Shown piece after piece: positions 40,261 through 52,901 of a stretch of DNA of 64,000 nucleotides (the stretch's first letter is position 1; each line of letters opens with the position of its first letter). Origin of the DNA: Botryllus schlosseri (Eukaryota); NCBI GenBank assembly GCA_051294905.1, contig CM119378.1, positions 6,386,001 to 6,450,000 of the forward strand. Reading direction: 5' to 3'. The position numbers and the translations under genes were made by a program. Below the pieces are notes generated by a model. The model was not told the origin of the DNA. It made no database searches and worked only from the letters and a program-made list of their open reading frames with translations.

Positions 40261-42302
40261 CGCCGGACGCTTTACCGTTACCGTAACTGCCGCACCACAA
40301 ACCCCTCAATTGGTGGGGGGCCCGAGCTCGAAGGGGGCCAAAATTATTTCGTGAATTAATATCAGTTATGGAGTATTTTTTGAAAATTTATGCATCCTTT
40401 CCATCATTTAATGGTGTCAAATATTTTGATTATTGGGTACCCTTCCCCAAAGAAAAAAAAAAAAACATGATTTAGAGAAATGGGCATTTCGGCGTCGGCC
40501 ATTACCGAGCCACGACGAACCAAGACATCAAGTTTTAGGCCTGTCCAGTCCTGTCCTGGCAATCTGAAATCCATAGGACAAATTCCGTCCTGCAGAAAAA
40601 TATATTTGCCTGTGCAGAAACATACCAATTTGAAATCGTGTAGTTTTGTTTTGTTTTGTTTAGTTTTGTACGTTTGGGCGATTTCAATATCTTTTGACAG
40701 AGCAGACAGGAAGTCACGAAGCAACATCATGTAAGTTGTAACGAAGTCATTATATCAACGGGTCCACCCGAATATGTTTGATTATTATTTACGGGCCCTA
40801 CATTTTCCAAGACACCTCACTCAGCTCTATTGGTAAATTTGATTACGTGAGCAGAGAGAGGATAAAAAATTGATATCAATATATCTGCAATTTCCGATCA
40901 TATTGACTGATTCAACAATGAATTATAGAAAACATTCGCACTTCGAATGGGCGATGTAAGCTGAATCACTAAATATCGTTGATAAATAGCAGTAAAAATG
41001 TATAGGCTGAAGGGGGATCTGGGGGGACCTCCCATAAGTTTGGTTTATCACCCTATGGGGGCCAAGACCAACGTATTGAGGGGTTGACGAAAGGCTGCTT
41101 CGGTCCTGACTATACCACTACGCTATCTCGTCTTGACAGACGTGTTATTTCATGTGTAGACGCGTGTTGTGCAGTACGCAGTGTGTACATGTGCATATTG
41201 TGAAATATGCAGCAATAGTTGTCAGATTTTTGGTTATTCGTTACGGATAAAATGTTGAAGTATCTGGTTAACATATAGGCGTCAATCGGCTGTCAAATTA
41301 TATGTATGAGCAGACATGGGGTAATCGGGATTTGTAATCGTAATGGATTACAACCAGTGGTGGCTTTTGGGGTGGGAGAGGAGGGCGGTCGCCCAGCCCC
41401 CCTACTCAGTTTTAATGTAGTCTATACTTTCAAGCATGCAATAATAGATATATGGCCTAATCCAGCGCCCGGCTCAAACCTTGACGTAGGGTACATTTTT
41501 TCCAGAATCTTGCTGGCTACATGTTTAAATCGTTAGGTTGCCTTAAAAAACGACGCGCACCAAATTTGAATTCATTCCAACCAAAAATCGCGGGATAATT
41601 CCCAAATTATCAAAGAAAAACTCAAACAACTCAGCTTCTACGGGTTGGAATTGAGTCAAATTTGTTTTGTATCGTTTTTGAAGACAGCGCAACAATTTCA
41701 TGGGGTTGACAGAAAAATTTGAAAAAAAATATTTTTCGCATTTTTGGTAAAGTCAAAATTTTCAAAATCTACGAAATCCGTAATTATTGGTTGAAAGGAA
41801 TTCAAATTTGGTGTGCGTCGTTTTTCAATGCAACCTAACGATTTAATCACGTAGCCCGCAAGATTCAGGAAAAACAGTTTTTTGAACAGCTCTAGTGCTG
41901 GCATATTGCTAATGTCAGCCGATAGCTTTCCAGATTAGTGTGGTCTATTCAGCCTGCAGCAGTAGTATCGCTAATCTATTATTCTACGCTACATGCCATA
42001 CATCCTCCACATGAAGACATGATCTATAGTTAACGGGGTCACTTCCTGTATAATTTGACAATGTATCCTAAAAGAATGCCCAGGAGCTAGAGCAATTCAA
42101 CATTTAAGCCTGCCTCAAGGCCGTGTTATAGTATCACATACACATAACGAAATTCCCTCCATATGGCGCACTAATATAAAGTTGGCAATAAATAGATGCG
42201 AAAGGGGGTCTGGAGGGGGAGAAGCCCCCCCAGATTCTACGATCACATAATTATAGCCCCCCTGGAATTCTCATCCAGGCACCCTAATCGTACTGTCTAC
42301 AA

Positions 42303-44533
42303 CAGTGGTTCCCAACCTGTGGTAGGCGAGTAGATTCTGTTTTTTTCGACCGAAGGGAGTTATTAGTTCAGTTGGGGTATTTTGAGTTTTCTGAAGCCGC
42401 CGTCATCGTCGTGGTAAGGTACGTAGAAGAAACGAAACCGACTTGTTGCGCGCATGCATGACTTTCGATGCGCTGCGAGCAAACGTATGCCACGCATCGA
42501 CCAGCTAGTGGAAACTAAACAAATGCAGCCATAGCATTAAACCAGGGGTGGCCAACCTGCGGCAGTGGAAGGAAATTTGTGCGGCCGTGGACACGTATTT
42601 CAATTTGTATGTGTTGGCGGCCGTCGACATGAAATTGAAGTTACGAATTCACTCCCAAATTTTTAGATGATTTTGATTAATTTTGAAACTTTCTTCGCGC
42701 TGGGCGCGATTCAACGTGACTTCATTTTTTCTATATTAATGTAGTAGCGCCCTTTGCAACCTGAGCACCACAGTACAGATGTGAACAGCAACGAAAAATG
42801 ATGCGCCCCAGATAAAAATACCAACTTGGAATCGTGTCCTTCTCACGAAAGGAATTTGTTTATATGGTGCGTTTGGGCGATTTCAATATCTTTTCAATAT
42901 ACCCCCAATCCTGACGGGAGGTCAGGAAATAGCAGTATTCAACAAAGTGACTTATTACATTTGGTCCACCTGAAGATACATCATCATTTATAACTAGGGC
43001 AATTTTTTTTTGACCTAAAAAACGGAAGATTTTGACCTAAAAAATCTAAATTTTGACATTTTTTGACCTAAAAAAACTGAAATTTGACCAAATTTTGACC
43101 TCACGTATGCAAATTAGGTGTTTTCGCATATAATGTTAAAATTGTACTACTTATCTTCATTTCTGGTTGGAACTGTTTGTCCTTACAAAGTAGATTGGCC
43201 TGAAAAAACGTTTTTGGCTTAAAAACTGACAGATTTTTACATGAAAAACTAGTATTTTAACGAAATCTGGCCCTATGAAGAATTCCAGTAGTTACAGTAT
43301 TCTGGTGGAAATAATTAAAATTTGTTGTAGTACAACGAAAGATCCTTTCCTACATTCTCGGGTAGAAAGTATCTGTCCTTACTTCGTAGCTTGCCAAGAA
43401 CGGAGAAAGAACGTTCAACAGCAGCATTTGTTGGCTGACAACACTCAAGTTGTGTGCACACTGCTGGTGACAAACCGTGTTGCTTCATTCTGACAATGTT
43501 GTCTATATCACAATTTTTCAGCTCGCGTTTCTTGATATAAGAACCATGCAATGTCCAAGCAGTCTTGCTTCAGCTAGGATATTGCGGTACGTTGACCATA
43601 ACACCATGTCACTATTTGTTTCATTTGACCATTTATGATTCACAATGAGCAGACGATGGTCCGTTTACAACGGTAGGCCTATAAAGTAGGCTACAAGCTG
43701 TAAAATATCAAATGATAAGTTCACCGACAGCGCAAAATCTACGATACAAACGAAATGCAGAGGTCAAAAAATGTTTGACTTTGTAAACAATTTTGACAAA
43801 TTTTGACCTAACGCTACAATTTTGACCTAATTTTGACTTTTTTTGACATGTCAAAAAAAAATTGCCCTATTTATAACTAATGCCCTAAATTGTCGAAAAC
43901 ACACCGTCCATCAACTTTACCGGAGAATCGGATCACATTGGCTGAGAAAGAATAAATATTTGATACTAATTTGTGAAACTACGAATATTAATGACAAAAT
44001 TCATCCGTGAATCTAAAAAATTTTCGCGCTCGGCGCGACCATGACGAAACCAAAATATCTATTCATAACATGACCACTCGCAATTTCGGTACGTACGCCG
44101 ATATGAATAAACATGTTAGTCTTAGAGCTCACCGAAAACGGAAATGGACAGTTTAAAATGGGTATTGTCATCCAGTTTGTTCATTACGAACTATGTCTTG
44201 AAATGCGGCCATAGGCTATATGACTACTCGAAATGCTGCTGTGAATCGCAAAAAGGTTGGCCACCCCTGCATTAAACAAATAAACTTATGTTGTTTGTTT
44301 TTATTTCATTATGTTGTTGTTGCTGTTCTTCTTGTGACTGATGGCGAAAAACAATTCCATGCATCTCATCATCAACCCTTGCTGATAATGCCTAGTTTAA
44401 TAGAATTTGTTATTACACCTCGCATAGGTCAAATACGTGAGTATGACGTCATAAATGGTGGATGTAGGTGGTACGCGAGCACTGCATAAAACCTCGAAAT
44501 GGTACGTGGGTGGAAAAAGGTTGGGAACCACTG
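42303..44533. mobile_element. Triple-nested hAT stack (42303-44533 > 42543-44269 > 42995-43869)
   Basis: Outer TIR CAGTGGTTCCCAACC with TSD GTCTACAA/GCCTACAA. Middle TIR CAGGGGTGGCCAACC with perfect TSD CATTAAAC. Inner TIR TAGGGCAAT with perfect TSD TTTATAAC. Confidence 0.9.
43315..43551 (-). pseudogene. hAT transposase C-terminal remnant inside 42995-43869
   Basis: QPTNAAVERSFSVLGKL...R.F..ENV...L..YYN motif. Confidence 0.75.
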
Positions 44534-46446
44534 GCCTACAACGATTACAGCACTTTCAAGTAATCGTAAGCGCAACCGACAATATTCCTAAAAATCTGAA
44601 ACAATATAAGTGGTATTAATCGATTTCTTTCTAAAAGAGCCATTACATTTTACTTGTACATAAACTATGACAAAAATTGAAATTTCGTGAACAAGGAATA
44701 GTGCGTTATGATGACAAAACGGCGCATTTTTCAAGTCCAACGCTCATTATTACTTCACAAGTTTTAACTTTGCTTTTAATGCGTAACGAATTATCCACAT
44801 TTAGTAAATAGATATTCGAGGTAGTAGTAGCATGATTGAAAGAAGCACCGCAATAGCCTGTATGTCATTTTATCAATACGCGCCGGAAAACACTGCGTCT
44901 CATCACGACTATGGCTAGTTTCATATAGTAACGTAATTATTGATATTTGGTTATGCTCAGTTGAACGCAGTTTGAACGTGGCTGCTTGGCGAGGAGTATG
45001 TATACCGGACAAAGATATGAAATTCTGTACTAGTCAAATAAAACATGACGATTTCCACATCGAAGCATTAAAAATCAACCGCTGCTGATATGAATTATAG
45101 CTGAGCTGTTCACTTAGTAATGAGAGGGAGAACGATATCTATATATAGAGAGAGTTCTTTTATTCGTAAACCATGATATACATGAAATATACAATACGGT
45201 AATCGAAACCAATTTTATATAATTGCCTAACAGACATTGCATGGTGGAGACTCAGAGACCCGATATCACCGAAGTCTTCAAGGACGGAGTCACCCTAAAC
45301 ATTTGACAGTATCAATTCCCTCCCTCGGTCAAGTATCAGCTCGACAACGACAACTCGCAATATCTGTATCAAGTGCATTGTAGGCAATGTAGGAATCGTA
45401 TGTTTAATTACAAGAAGCATTATATTCATTATGGAATGATATTGTATTCACTTTATATTATTAACCTAGTTATTTCACAATTCTTCACCCAAAATCTGAA
45501 TCTATCGCCACAGGCATCTTAGCTTCGGGTTGTCAAACGTTCGTAATTCCCCGGACATATACGGAATTTAGGCGTTTAAACTGCGTCCGGAGGAAAATGG
45601 TAAATATGCTTAAATGTCAGAATTTTTTTAAATTGTATTTTAGTCCAAGTTTTTCTAGGCTGCCAGCTGACATTTTGTCCCGTACTTTTCCTTGGTCAAG
45701 AATCGTCTGCTTTAGGCAAGTCTGTATCTTGTTTATGACGTGTCGGAGATTGTTTACCATCATTTAAGATGAACAGCGACATTGTTCGGCGTATTCTAGT
45801 TCAGGGGTTACAGTCAGGACCGCAACTGCCGCATCCCAGACACCCAATTAGAGGAGCTAAAGGGGCTCAAACTGATTTATAAATCAACATAAACAAGAAA
45901 AACATATTTATTTTGGGAGAGATTTATGCTACTTGATATCCTCTTCGCGCCTGGCGTGATTTAGTGTCATTAAATATATTGGTGTTTATATGGGCACAAA
46001 TTTAAAAAAAAATAGAAATAGAAATAGAAGTGCCCATAATTTTCTGAAATAAGTCTGATTTATTCACAATTATAAGACAGCGGTATATTTCTAGTATCTC
46101 TTCAGGCCGTTTGGATGGTTACATTGACGACGAAGTCACCCCATGTCTGCCTACGAGATACAATATGCTCGATGCTAAACATGCATTTGGCCGTGACCAG
46201 CGTGAATGTCACCAAGTGTGGATCTGTACAGAGAGACATCGCCATTTTGGAAACATGACTATTGAGTTGTGTCATCGTTGTGTTCTTAGGTCCCCAGCAT
46301 GTACATTTTAGATAGATATTTGTTGATATTTCATTATACATGTAATGTTACCAACGGACCACCCCGATATGGTGTGTTTCTAGACCACGTAGCTTAAGCA
46401 CGCTCTCAACGGAATATCTCAGGGGCCAGCTGTCGCGAATATCAGC

Positions 46447-47108
46447 ATGGAGGGGCTGTATCTGCTGCTCATAACGATTGTCTTGATTTGCTCGCTGGCG
46501 GAGAGCCGGACTGTGACCATGAAGCTGTTGATCGCAACTTGCTCTCGCGCTCTACCGATCCTGGACGACCAAATACGGAAAACCTGCTGCTCTTACCAAG
46601 TCAGTTACTTCAGGAGAACGTGGTACAAGGGCGGAAAATTTTTGACACGGCATTTCGAAGGACTGAAAGCATGGCAATGCGCTGAACTGGCGGGCGAGTG
46701 TCACCAGCGTCTCTATGACTATTCCGACTTCACTAGCAATGTGTACGACTTTTATTGCAACAAGTCATTTCTCGTAGACAAGTGCACTCCTGAGTTAAGA
46801 AAAATATCCCCTGCATCAAGCCCTTCTACCCAATATGACTCAGATAGTAACTTCACCCACAACGCAAACAACACATTGCCTTCCGAATGGACCGTAATGG
46901 TACAGAGTATAGACTACGTCGCACTCAAGCCGGATCAAAGCTCGCGACCTTGCGTCCAGATCGCTCAGTTGGACTCGCCGAGCGGTGGCTATGGAGAATT
47001 CCACGGAATTCTGACGCCTTCGATTCCGTTTTGTTGAATGAGTTGGTGCGTATACTCGAGTCCCGTGATACGCAACGGGATCAGCGCGTATAATTGCATC
47101 CCTAAGCT
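46447..47108 (+). pseudogene. GPCR copy C: ectodomain exon with premature stop, 7TM exon deleted
   Basis: Same 662-nt exon length as copy B, and about 44 of 196 aa differ by hand count. TGA at 47035-47037 stands where B has CGA. The donor CT|GTGAGT at 47109 is intact. Homology to B stops at 47429 (B ~30383) and resumes at ~48121 (B ~32292), skipping the 7TM exon. Confidence 0.85.
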
Positions 47109-47429
47109 GTGAGTATGTTGGCGTGATCCATTTGTAACGACGCCAAGACTAGAGATCGTAGTTCCATGAGGGATGAGTAATCTTGATGTCCACTCTCCTA
47201 TTCATGTCTCGTGTCTGAGCGTTTCGTCTCGGAGAACAGCATGCTTGCATAAATATTGCGAATCTCGTCATCTCGATCGCAATATTGATAAATAGATTGC
47301 TATGAGACCAGAAATCGACTCCGACAGAAAAGGTCGTTTCCATTTGTCGTTGCTAGATGATATTTGTGACGAATGAGAAGACCAACGCTTTTTAATTCGA
47401 TTTGTATGGAATGCGTAATATTCGTACAC

Positions 47430-48120
47430 CAGTGGTTCTTAACCTTGCCTCCAGCGCCCCCCAAGGGGGCGCTGGCGATTTGGAAGGGGGCGGTAACGCT
47501 CAGGGGGCGATATGGGGGGCGCTGAAGAAAAATTGCTTCGCATTAGATAATGCGGTAGCATGACATATCCTTATTGAGTATTCAGAGCAAATTAACATTC
47601 CACAGAACATGTCAAATCCCGAAATATTTGGTCGCGCTACACGGCGATGTTTGCTACATATGTTTTCATAAATGTAGTGGGATTTTATAATTCATGTAAA
47701 GCGAATTGCGCGTACTTTTAGATCGCTAATTTCCCCTTAAAACACTGCAGTCACGCTTGTTAAGGTTATTTTCAACAAAATTTTTCGAATTAGGTAATAT
47801 ATCCCGCAGCGTACAGCGTGTGAAAATCGAATAAGTTTTGAAGCTTTGTGCACGAAATGAATAACTAAATATACTTGTATTTGAGAGCAACAAAATTAAA
47901 TCGTCAGAATATTTCTTCGTCGTATCATAAAGGATGATACTATCTAGTGCTGAAGTTCACAACCTCACATGAACGTTATAGTATATAATATGAGTTGCTT
48001 TGTTTGGAATACATTCATGTTAAAATTAATAACTTGGTACAGTACTAAATTCAGTGTGAGCAGATATATGCATCCCATTCTCAGTTGACTTACTTGCAGT
48101 TACAAAAAGCACCAAGACAA
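47430..48120 (+). mobile_element. One-ended Charlie-type hAT at the deletion breakpoint of GPCR C
   Basis: Left TIR CAGTGGTTCTTAACC begins exactly where homology to the copy B intron ends; no right TIR or TSD found. Confidence 0.7.
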
Positions 48121-48926
48121 AAATTTCAAATAGGATTTGATACCAAATTGATCAATTACTATTTGTCGACTTTACCAGTTTCGTCTCACCACATTCGAAT
48201 CGGAATACAAGCCTTTTCTGCTGAATAAGTCAGCCCTCAAGATTACCGGACTTTAATCCGACATATTAACCTCGCCTATCGACACAGGCGTTATTCGTTT
48301 TTATGACTAGTCGTTTTATGTTATCCCTTATTTCTTTCCATTCAGTGTTCATGTTCATGCCTCTTATTTACATGATCTATAATAGGCCCGGGTGTGTGTC
48401 TGATTTCAAAGACTATAACTCCAAGTCGTTTCGACAACTTCCTATCGTTTCATTGTATCGCAGTCTTGTGGTGTTTTGGAATGATAAAATTATTGTTAAA
48501 CTAAACTGAAGTGTATCAAACGTTTGACCAATTTCACTTAAATTATGTCTGATGAATAGCGTATATGGTCGAACGGTCATTTCGTGAATTTGAATAGATA
48601 TATTTGTGTAACTTTACTACAGCAAGCATGTTATTTTCTAGGTTATTTTTGTGTTTTATGTATCACAAAAGTAATTCTAAAATTCATGAATAGATTGTGT
48701 GCTTATGGTAGCATTGTATCTAGCGTTGCATTTTAAACTAATAGTGTTTTAGAACACTTCGTTCATGTTTAAAAAAAAAAGCAAAAATGTTTTTTTTTCA
48801 AACGTTGTATAAATATGCCATGATTGTGCAAATACTTTCGAAAAAAACATGCAGTGTGAGCGTACGGACGGTTTTCACCCTGTATAGTCGACGTGTACAC
48901 GATGTGGAATGGTCGGAAGCCTCGAA

Positions 48927-50104
48927 CAGACTTGGACAACTAGATAATTCTAGTTGTCTGATTTCACTAAATTAGAGCGAATGGCCAGTAATGTAATTCT
49001 AATCTATTTTGTGTAATGTTTCTAAGCTCTAACTCTAATTCTAATCTGATTTGTGAAATGTTTTTATGCTCTAATTTTAGTTATAATCTAATTTATTGTT
49101 TTCTTCAAAATGCCTCTTTGTCATTTTGCAGCGAGTTAACAAGAATATCCCTTTCGAGCAGGGAAATCCAGTGCCAAGCCGCAATCGCATTACTTACACC
49201 GTTAATTTCATTGTAGGTATTGTGACGAATATAATAGCCATGCTGGCATAGTAGCTTGTAGTCTTCGTAAAACATCTATTTCGATCACGTTTTTAAAACT
49301 TTTACGTTAGTCTTAGTACAACGCCGTGCTCACTTACATGGGAGATATGCATGGTTACCACAAAAGAAGTAATTTTAATAAAGAAGTACAAATACAACAA
49401 GAAATATTATAATCATAAACTTCATTTTATTTTGAACTATGATCTGCACACGATACCTGATCACGCTTATCAGCGACTAATGAATCGATGTTGGGGCTAG
49501 CCAGGCTAGCTGAAAGACTATTTCATTCTAAAGATTGATCTTGTGGGAAATTCCTACGCCATTTTCTCAGCGTCTCGGTCTTGGCAGTGTCTGGGCCATT
49601 GCACAGCAAGGCAATATGCTCCTTGCTCATATCTCCATCGATGGAGTGCTGTTGCCATCGCCGAAACCGTTTCAGTTAGTGAGGAATAGTGTTGTTGGGC
49701 ACAGACGAATAGCTAATTTTGAAACAGCTATAATAATTGGAAACTGAAATCAATTTCAGCATTTCGAAATTCTTTACTTCGCGTTCTTGTTCCAAAATCA
49801 CAAATCAGATAGCCGACCTTATGTGGCCCGCGTGTTGGTGATTCCTGGTATGGTACAAAACCAGCCAAGCTTGGTGTACAGACGTTAACCGTTCTCATAT
49901 TTATGGGACTGCACTGGGATTTGATATGAACTGAACTTCATTTTTGCTGTATTTATTTCTCATTCACAATTTCATTCCGTTTCCAAGTTTTTGCGAATTC
50001 AGTAATTCTAATTCTAATCAAATTTGGAAAAAAAACTGTGTAGCTCTAATTCTAATTTTAATCTAATTTGGAAAAGTGGAAAATTTTCTAGTTGTCCAAG
50101 TCTG
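48927..50104. mobile_element. hAT MITE (CAGACTTGGACAAC TIR) nested in 48721-50432
   Basis: TIRs CAGACTTGGACAAC / GTTGTCCAAGTCTG; TSD GCCTCGAA/CCCTCGAA. Confidence 0.85.
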
Positions 50105-52901
50105 CCCTCGAAATTCGTCGGTTCAACAGTTATAGCACGCATATATATCATTGGTACAGAGGTTGATGTTCTGATGATGATGACCGCCGACCGTAGAAAC
50201 GCTGCAAAACGATGTAGTCCTGGTCCGTTTAATACAGAGGTCGGAAGTCGTCTTCGTCAAAGGAGCTTCTTTTGCCCAACATTTTCAGTTGTCAATGTCA
50301 ATCCACTGTGACGTCACAATCAAAGATACGTGACGTCCTGGCAATAAGAAACAATAAGAAACATGCTTTAGACAAGGGTCCTGTTTTAAACGTATTTGTT
50401 TTAAGTTGAATTTTGTTTTATATGCAACCCTAATTGTATCCTTCCATCCAAACACTGCAATTTCAGCACTCAGGTTTATTTTTGTAATGTCTAATTGTGA
50501 TTCGATGTATTAAAGGTAAATTTGGCACTTCGATGGTCCACATTGCTTGTCTATTAATAAATTTGACGGGAAATGAATTATTCATAATGACTTGGCATTA
50601 CTTGTAGATTCTAACTTCCGCAAGCCGTTAGTAGATTGCAGTGCGTTGAGATTGGTGGTTAAATCCGGCGAAAACTACGACAAGTTGTGCCAGCCAATGT
50701 GACATCAGTTTCACATTGTCGGTTCCGAAAGGCCGTCTGTAGTAAACGCCGGCGGGTATCATAGTAATGTTCGACATCAACTATTTAATTTAATCAATAT
50801 ATGAATAATAATTTCGGCACCTGCTATTGCGACGCCAGAGAGTTAAACAGATTGAAGTTGACTGCTGTAAACTAAGCATCACCAAGTCCACAATCAGTGT
50901 TAGAATGACGTACTCGTGATAAATTGGCTATCAGAAACTCCGCGCGACTGAGAGCCCTTGTGGTATGCTGTGCCATCACTGAATTCTTGAGATATACCTT
51001 GCGTATAAAAGCTGCTGGTTGTAGATGCAGACGTCCACACAGGCTTAGCATATATGCACCAAAATCGCAAGTAGAAATGCCAAGAAAAATTACTGGGATT
51101 CAGATTGTATTTGTGCGGTACGCGCGAAAATTTTTCAACATCTGGAATGAATTTCGTCGATTGGTGGTTTCACATATTACTGTCAAATATTTTTCGATTA
51201 TCAGCCCACCTGATCAGATTAACCGGTAGAGCTGATGGAGAGGATGTCTTCGTAAATTTTTGGCACATAATTAATGATGATTCATCTCCCTGTTTTCATT
51301 ATTCACTTTGTTGCATATTGTTATTTCTTGATCTCCCATCAGGAGTGTCGGTATATATATACCATACGTGCCAGGAAAACCTTCATTCGTGAGACGCACA
51401 CGATTCCAAATTGTTTATTTTTTCGTGAGGCGCATCATTTTCCTCTATGTGATTCACATTTGTACGGTAGGGCTTAGATTGCATATTAAAAACGAATATA
51501 CAAGTCATCCCGAATCGCGCTGAGCGTGAAGAAAATTTTGGCAACCAATTCGGTAATTCAAATTGTATATTGACGGCCGCCAATACATGCTAATTTAAGT
51601 ATGTGTAGACGGCCGCATGATTATAGTTTTACGGCTGTAAGCGGCTGTACGTCCTCAGATTGGCCACCCTTGGCCTAATCAAAATAAGGCTGCAACATAT
51701 ATAAAATGCTATACTCAGGGCTCGAGGTTACCGGACCATCATCTAACACTGTGATTCTCTATCTCTCCCCCCAGATCTCCTGGCTACGCCTCTGCAAATG
51801 TGTGCACTGCGCTCTGTATAAGCAATAAGCATCTCGCAGGAAGTACCAATTCAAAATGCCTGAGCTGTCGCGGCGGTTTCCTCGAGAATCATTATAGACG
51901 GATATCGCAATCTCAACACATGTTAACTCTACCCTGTTCTAATTGAAAAAGGAACCAATTAGGAAAAGGAACCACATCGCCACATATGACCTTCTTGACA
52001 GGTCGGGACAACTCTAATCCAACATCGAGGCGAGGCATTAGAGCGTGTGTTCTTAAACTGGGGTTCAAGGACCCTTTAAAGGCCTGCAAATTAGCTTTAA
52101 GGGGTCCATGAATGAACAATGTGGCGTAAATTACCTATACAAACACTGATTTATTATCCTTTGATAATATCTTCGTGAGTCGAACTGTGACTACCGCATC
52201 TAGTCATTAATTATTTTATCTTCGCATGGACAAGCCTAAATAGACTTGAGCTTCATGTTATGACCTTCCAGTCGGTGGTTTCTGAAATTTTAGGGGTACG
52301 GACAACCGCCCATAAAACTGGAAGGGTCCGTAATCAAAAACGTTTATGAACCTCTGCATTAGAGCGTTGCGATACCACTGCTCTAATCAACCCGCCGGCG
52401 TAACCTAGTTGGCTAACCCCCGTCCTAATACCCAATCGAACCGTACTCTTCAACCCCAACACAAGGGCTGTAAAAATTACCTTTTTTCCCGAATCTTGCT
52501 GGCTACGTGATAAAATCGTTAGATTGCCTTAAAAAACGACGCACACCAAATTTGAATTCATTCCAACCGGTGATTGCGGATTTCGTACAGTTTGGAAATT
52601 TTGAATTTACCCAAAAATGCAAAAAATATTTTTTTTCAAATTTTTCTGTCAATCCCATGAAATTGTTGCGCCGTCTTCAAAAACAATGCAAAACAAATTT
52701 GACTCAATTACAACCCGTAGAAGCGGAGTTTTTTGAGTTTTTCTTTGATAATCCTGGATTATCCTTGATCGGTGGATAATCCAAGAATTATCATAGAAAA
52801 ACTCAAATAACTCCGCTTCTTCGGGTTGGAATTAAGGCAAATTTGATTTGCATCGTTTTTGAAGGCAGCGCAACAATTTCATGGGGTTGACAGAAAAATT
52901 T

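Larger units (their letters stand above)
45965..50632 (+). repeat. Segmental duplication, unit 2 (contains GPCR C)
   Basis: Direct-orientation paralog of 27140-34875. Copy-specific transposon insertions have matching empty sites in the other unit. Confidence 0.85.
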
